Assembly (NCBI GenBank): GCA_030704615.1 | Contig: CM060732.1 | Coordinates: forward strand, 75,578,001 to 75,642,000 | DNA from: Takakia lepidozioides | Lineage: Eukaryota; Plantae; Bryophyta | Reading direction: 5' to 3' | DNA: 64,000 nt | Shown here: positions 57,644-64,000 of the stretch, in pieces | How the letters are laid out: every line of letters begins with the position of its first letter | Numbering within the stretch: position 1 is the stretch's first letter | Program-made: the position numbers and the translations under genes | The notes under the pieces: generated by a model | Databases searched by the model: none | The model's input: only the letters and a program-made list of their open reading frames with translations | Told to the model about the DNA's origin: nothing

Positions 57644-57860
57644 GGGTAGCTCAGCTGGATAGTGCACTCAATGGTAGCTCGTTTGGATGGCACCCAGGTG
57701 ATTCTGGGTTCAAATCCTGCTATACCTTGTCGGGTGTAGTATAATCTTCTCCCCCCTCCCTTGGGCAGTGTTTGAGCCTCGGCGCCTCATGGCAAGGTTA
57801 CCAGAAAGATGTTATTTTCTCCTCTCACTATAATTAAGGGCCCTGATTTGTGAGCAGTCA
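57644..57860 (+). mobile_element. tRNA-derived SINE
   Basis: A box TAGCTCAGCTGG (57647-57658), B box GGTTCAAATCC (57707-57717). 3' part is shared with 48469-48521. Confidence 0.65.
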
Positions 57861-59139
57861 GCCGGGGTATTGATTCCCCTTTACAAAATAAATATTATCC
57901 CTTCATTCATTCATTACCCATTCATTCCGAAGGGAGGGTGGATGGTTATTCAGTTCCAGCAATTGTATCCTTCGTGTTATCATGTTGTGTTACATTATAC
58001 TCACCTCCTGTCATGCAGTTCCCTTCAGTTCCGTTATATTCGCTTTCCCTCAGCTCCACCACATTTAGTTCATTCCCACTCAATTCTTTTTAATATTTAT
58101 TACTTGCATTCGATTTTATTATTATTATTCCATTTATATTTCGGTTTTTTAGTTATTTTATTTATAATCCTACCCATATGGTAGTATCAATTGATGATAC
58201 ATTGTTGGCGATTGTTGGTTTGATTTGTTGTCTGATGGTCAAATGTTAAATGTATACCTAGTTGACGCATAAAATATTTATAAATATCAAGATATTCGAA
58301 ATTACTTTCATATTGACGCTTTCTTTGGACTATATAGGGATAACTTACTCTTCATGCATTTATGGAAATAAAATAAAAATCGTTATGAGGGTTGCATATA
58401 TAAATTTATAATATGACTACGAGTTGTGTTTGAAAAGATCAATAATTTTATGATCTCATATAAATGGACAAATTATGTATTGAGTTTATTTTTATTTCGC
58501 CTCCAAACAAATGATAAAGCTACAATTACTATAAGTTTCCCCATAGTTATTTTACAACATATTTGTTGTTCGGAAAATAATTGACAATATTTATCATACA
58601 AATGTCTATTAACTACTGTTCTCGATAAGGAACGTGTAATATTTGGACAAGTGGCCACCCAAATCATGTTTAGTTGCGAGGACTATTGAATCGATATGCA
58701 CCCAATCCATTCAAGAATAAAAATAGCCAACCCAGGCTAAATGTGTAAAGGGTGTCTCAATTGAAGTGACGTCTGCATAGGGCCACATGGCGGCGATTGC
58801 ATGCAGGAGAAAATAAGAACCTGGAGCAAATAAGAAATGGCAAGTTGAACTTGAGCTATTGTGCATTGGAATTGGTGGACATAATGTTGATCTCAGTCTG
58901 TTCGAACATTTGCAGAAGTTCATTCAGGACACGTGCATGGCAAGGTTTTTTGCAATTGAAAGATGTGGGAGTCTGTCTCATCTGCATTTTCAAATGGTCA
59001 TCAGGTTCTCATCAACAAGTGTTATATAGGCAAACATCTCCTTCAAGATTGCCCAACAGTGGTTAGGTTCGGTGTTATTGGCCAGATGTGGGATTATGTT
59101 GTTTTTCATAGACAAAACAAATTGAATCATCGTTAGTAC

Positions 59140-60018
59140 TAGTGTTGTGCGGTTCTTGCCATATTGAAGGAACCTCCGATTCCGGTTCCTTGGTATTTTT
59201 AAAGAGACGGTTCTGGTTCTGGATCCGGTTCTTTTTTATGAAACGGTTCCAGTTCCGGGTATTTTTTGGGAAGGAACCGGACGCTTCCAGTTTCCGGTTC
59301 CGGTTCTCTTTTTTTTGAATGTAAAAAATATTATTAAATTTTGATCGGTTTTATAATATCTGAAAATGATTTGTGAATCCCATTAGTTATATAAAATATT
59401 TTGACCATGTTGAAAAGAAAAAAACACAACATTCATATACAAATTTATGAAAATAATAATCATGCAATGTAAGCAAGTATAAATAATGTGTGTAGAGTAC
59501 ACAAAGAAATCATTCTATCTCAAACAACTCGGCCTCTGCAATCAACTCCTCATTGTCATCTAAGAGGACTTCCTCACTGTTCAAAAACTCGTTCATGGAA
59601 GAGCTCACCAACACGAGAGACGATCCAACGTGTAAAATAAAAAATAAAAAATCCACTGCCTACGTTGCTACCCCCCCTGAGCGCTGCGGCCTCCCCCACG
59701 CTGAGGATTTGCTCCCTCCCCTGCGCTGAAGTCGCGCTACTACAGCGATCACGCAGGATTGGAGGTGAGAGACGACAGATCGCGGAGAGAGAAAAAAAAA
59801 AAAAAAAAAAAAAAACCCTAGTTCGGGAACCGGATCCGGAACCGCCACTGACCCCCGGTTCCGGTTCCAGCAGGCTGGTTCCTGGAAAAACCAATACCCG
59901 CCGATTCCGGTTCTGGAACCGGCTCGTCCTTGCTCCCCCGGTTCCGGTTCCAGTACCGCCCAGGAACCGGAACCGGAACTGGCGGTTCCAAACTGCCTAA
60001 GTGGGTACGCACACACTG
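59140..60018. mobile_element. Non-autonomous hAT element (879 bp)
   Basis: TIRs TAGTGTTGTGCG / CGCACACACTG. 8-bp TSD GTTAGTAC at 59132-59139 and 60019-60026. Dense GGTTCC/GGAACC subterminal repeats at both ends. Confidence 0.9.
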
Positions 60019-61354
60019 GTTAGTACCTTCTGTCTGCGTACTTTGTGAGCACCATTTAGCTCATCCAAGGGCTGGGTTTAACGTTCTTTGTGTGGGCTCC
60101 ACCAACTCCCATAGGTCTTCACGTGTCAGCATGTCATGAGATTGAAGCCCAAGGATTGTAGTCTGGGCTCCTTCTGGGCTCCTTCCATGAGATTATAAAA
60201 AATAATCTAGCCCATTTGAAAAATGTATTTTAAAATTGCATAGAAAATGGTTTGATGACTAAATTCAAGTTGTCGAATTGAATTTTTTGAGGTGAGATGC
60301 CCTCCATAATCCGAATATGGCACCCAAGGACCCCTCCCCAAAAAAACAGACCAAAATTCAAAAACTGAGATGATGTTTTGTATGTGAAATTTGGGGGGTT
60401 TGTAAATTGTCATGGTTGGTTTCTTTTCCAGTAACCATGAGGTGATATTAGTTTCTAATTCCTTTGGTAAGTAGGTGCACATTAACATTACATAGTGTCT
60501 TGTCCACTTTTTCTGGCATTTGACATTTGAGCCCTAGATGTTATTTCAAGATTGACACTTCACCTGCCATGTGGACAGGTCAACGCTGGATTTCCAGACC
60601 CCTGGCACTCTGAGAAATTATAGGGAGCGGAGCCTTTATTATTTTAGGGAGCTGTAAACTCCCACGCGTGCTTCTCCCTAACCCACTCGCTTTACCTTAA
60701 GGAATCACTTCCTTCCACTGTCATCCACAAAATTGGATCATGGGAGAAGACTGACGCGATTAATTCGGATCAGGCCGTCGTTTAGGGGCCAAACCCAACC
60801 ATCCTTAACACCTACTACAAAACCCAAAAAAAGAAGAAAAAGACAAAAAACACTTACTGTCCATGATGCTTAACTCCATTCATCAATTATCTTTCACCAA
60901 CGGTGTTGAGATTCAAATTCATCCTACGCCTTACGACGCACCACGTGTTTGAAATTAATGTAAATCATCGCATAATCCATGGACTTACATCCATCCACAA
61001 TTTAATTATGTGGGATCCATTGGAGATTCATTTACAAAGTTGATCTCAAAGTATCCACATTCATCCATAAATTTGGACCACATAAAGAACATAAAGAGCA
61101 AACAACCCAGGGACCCACTCAAGATATGAGGTCTAAAGGTCCTTCCATGCAACTGAATCCCTAGTCCCTGCTAAAAGCACGGTCAATAAATTCAACGATC
61201 ACTTTTACAGCGACTCGGAAAGCGGACCGGCCTTTTTCTCTAGGTGAACTTCTAAATTTGCGGTCAGGGCATGTGGAAGGAGGCTCTAAGAGTTTTGCAC
61301 TTTAGTGTAACCAGGTATGAGGGGTATCATGATAGCAGAGCTCCATTATTCTTG

Positions 61355-62030
61355 AATCAAGCTCTGATTACTCGTGGTATGTACTCGTGATACTGCTATC
61401 AAGCTCTAATTACTCGTGGTACTCGAGATCATATTGCTATCAAGCTATGATTACTCGTGTTACTCATATATTGCTTTAATCAAGCTCCGATTATTGGTGG
61501 TACTCGTGATCATTCGGCTATCAAACTCTGATTACTCATGGTACTTGTGATCCTGCTATCAAGCTCCAATTACTCGTGTTACTCTGATACTTCTATAATC
61601 AAGCTCTGATTACTTGTGGTACTCGTGATCGTTCTATCAAGGCGCTCTAATTACTCGTGGTACTCGGGATCCTGCTATCAAGCTCTGATTACTCGTGTTA
61701 CTCTGATATTGCTATAATCAAGCTCCGATTACTCGTGGTACTCGTGATCATTGTGCTATCAAACTCTGATTACTCGTGGTACTTATGATCCTGCTATCAA
61801 GCTCTAATTACTCGTGGTACTCGGGAGCATATTGCTATCAAGCTTCGATTACTCGTGTTACTCTGATTCTGCTATAATCAAGCTCCGATTTCTCGTGTTA
61901 CTCGTGATCATGCTATCAAGCTGATCTAATTACTCGTGGTACTCTGCTATCAAGCTCTGATTACTCGGGTTATTTGTGTTACTGCTATAATCAAGCCATT
62001 AATTATGGAATTATACTACTATCAAGCTCT
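61355..62030. repeat. Minisatellite, ~17 units of ~40 bp
   Basis: Consensus CTATCAAGCTCTGATTACTCGTGGTACTCGTGATC..TG. Confidence 0.9.
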
Positions 62031-62140
62031 GCTAGTATGTTTACCAATGGTCAGTTATTATGGTAGTCGTGTAAATGTCGACATCTCTATCAAACTACCA
62101 GTAGCAGGTCGTAGTGGGCATTCAATAGACACATGCTGAA

Positions 62141-62788
62141 CCCTTAATCGGCCAAGTGGGCGTTTGACTTTTCCCCCTAAATTGACCCCCTTGGAGGAAA
62201 ATCAATAATAGGCAGCGAGTTTTTAAAATTTCCCAAAAGTGACCGGGCATATCGTGGCCACCTAGGACCTGCAGAAAACTGCCCAAATTGCGGGCCAATC
62301 GGCGCAAATCGGGCCAAACACCATCGTTGACAGTGGGGCCCAATATTCCAACATGTGGTTATATATATATATAATAGTTTTATATATTTTGGCTAACGGG
62401 ACGAACTCTGTTTCATCTGAAAGTTGGCGCACTTCAAGCAGGAAACATCCTCCACGTAATGCAGGAAAAATCGGTGGATTTCGCCTAGTAGGGACCAGGT
62501 GGTAGTTGGTCAAAGTGGGGAGGGAGAAAGAGATTTGCAACACGACACCTGCACACGACACAACGGACACCTGCAACACGCAGAGAGACCAAAGCACGAA
62601 GCAAGAATTCACGCGGGAGAGAGCCTACTATGCCTTAACTGCGAAATGCCTCATTGCAAAGGACTTGGCACTCCACTTCGGCCCCCATTCAATGACGCAG
62701 ATTTCACCAAAAACGCCCAAAATCCAAAAAAATTATTAATTGTCAAAGTTTTCAACGGCCCGTTGTGGCCCTAGTGGTCGATTAAGGG
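62141..62788. mobile_element. piggyBac-like non-autonomous element (648 bp)
   Basis: TIRs CCCTTAATCGGCCAAGTGGGC / GCCCTAGTGGTCGATTAAGGG. Right flank TTAA, left flank TGAA. Confidence 0.6.
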
Positions 62789-62835
62789 TTAATTTGTCTG
62801 CCCAAAGGTGCGCTACAAAAGCGATGACTCGGCGG

Positions 62836-63040
62836 CAGGCTGCCCCCGGGGAAGTCACTCCTTGTCACTTGTATAGGGCATGTGAGCTAAATGGATATTT
62901 TGTAAGGGGATATTACTTTTACTTTGGGTATTTCTTAGTACCATATAATTACATAATTTTGTAATATGGTGAATTTTGGCATGCTATTTTAATAATAATT
63001 TTTTGTTTCAACCAAATATTAGACACCCTATATTAATTTA
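62836..63040. mobile_element. End of a second copy of the 1359-2269 TIR family
   Basis: CAGGCTGCCCCCGGGGAAGTCACT...TATTTTGTAAGGG...GACACCCTATA parallels the reverse complement of 2070-2269. Confidence 0.5.
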
Positions 63041-63938
63041 TTATTTATTATTTATTTATTTAGTGGTTACAAGACAAATGAATTTATTATTTGGTTGAAA
63101 TAAATTCATTTAAAGCATTCACATCATCAGCATTCAAAGTATAAACGTTTTGCGTTCTATCGAAAATCATAGTGACTGAACTAATATGTGAGTCTACATC
63201 TACTCACTTGTTGTCGATATGATCATATTTGAATTGAGGCTGCCCCCGCCCCATACATGGAAGTACTAAGTGTATCCAAGCAGATTTTGTCCGTTTCCTC
63301 CTAATTTAAACCGTGGGACGGGCACATGGAATTACGCTATGTAGCAAGATTCAAATCAAGAATCAACTTGGTCACACTATCAGACTGGTACATGGCATGG
63401 GTTCATAAATAATACAACGAAATTATGTTGACAGTTTATTATAATGTTCATTTCAAACATTTTTTTTTCATTTCTGCCTTGGCGTGGACGTGACGAAATA
63501 TTTTTGGGACTGAGTGCAGATGTGACAACAAATACAATGTCCACAGAGAATCACCTGGCTACAAGTATGCAACATATTGTGCAATATGGCGATCAGACGG
63601 TGCAATATGGCAATATGGACTAGGTAGCCTACTACCGGACACAGTCGTCAAGGAGGGCCGAGCCGTGGATTCTTGAAAAGTCAATCTTGCCATCCACTTT
63701 CCTACCTCCCTACACTACTGATTACTACTGATTTTACTACCTCCCAATTCCCCCCTATGTGATGTTGTCTCTCTAGCACTATAGTTGTTTCAATGTCGTC
63801 TCACAGTTTTCAATGTCCACGTTACAGTTGCAGGAAACCTTTTAGCAGGCATGTGATCTAAGAGAAGCTTGTTTGCTATGAAGAATTCAAGAAATCATTG
63901 TGTAAAAATGGCTCGAGGTTCTAGGATATCTGCTTCTT

Positions 63939-64000
63939 ACGTGGGAACCTTCATCCAACCTCGCTAATGCATCTGACAAAGTCCAAGAGTTTCATCAACG
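63939..64000 (+). mobile_element. Second chromovirus chromodomain fragment, running off the window
   Basis: Near-identical to 25928-25989 (TWEPSSNLANASDKV.EFHQR). Confidence 0.85.

Noticed and set aside
57644-57725. Functional tRNA genes here and at 28363 and 48091
   Set aside because: A/B boxes are present but I could not fold an acceptor stem or cloverleaf, and SINE-like tails follow.
61355-62030. CRISPR-like array
   Set aside because: Head-to-tail units with only a few variable bases and no spacers.

Overview
Repeat-rich nuclear DNA from a land plant, probably non-seed (inferred from a Tcn1-like chromodomain and PLS-type PPR remnants; the species cannot be determined). One intact host gene is present: a 12-exon methionine aminopeptidase 2 (28879-34316, +). 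A secreted LRR/PGIP-like gene with one frameshift lies at 56495-57564. The rest is nested, decayed mobile DNA: two CACTA remnants, one with an FCP1/NIF phosphatase-like domain in its TnpA-like ORF; a RING + atypical kinase + SWIM gene cluster sharing a palindromic motif with a 106-bp tandem array; a Ty3/Gypsy element with a ~1150-aa extra 3' ORF; chromovirus fragments; a solo LTR with TSD; a Helentron-type RepHel with an AP-endonuclease domain and an OB-fold gene; a cluster of captured fragments (PPR, OSB-PDF motifs, ALY exon) ending in a CACTA terminus; several tRNA-derived SINEs; a hAT MITE with an 8-bp TSD; and a piggyBac-like MITE. All family assignments come from motif recognition by eye, with no database searches.
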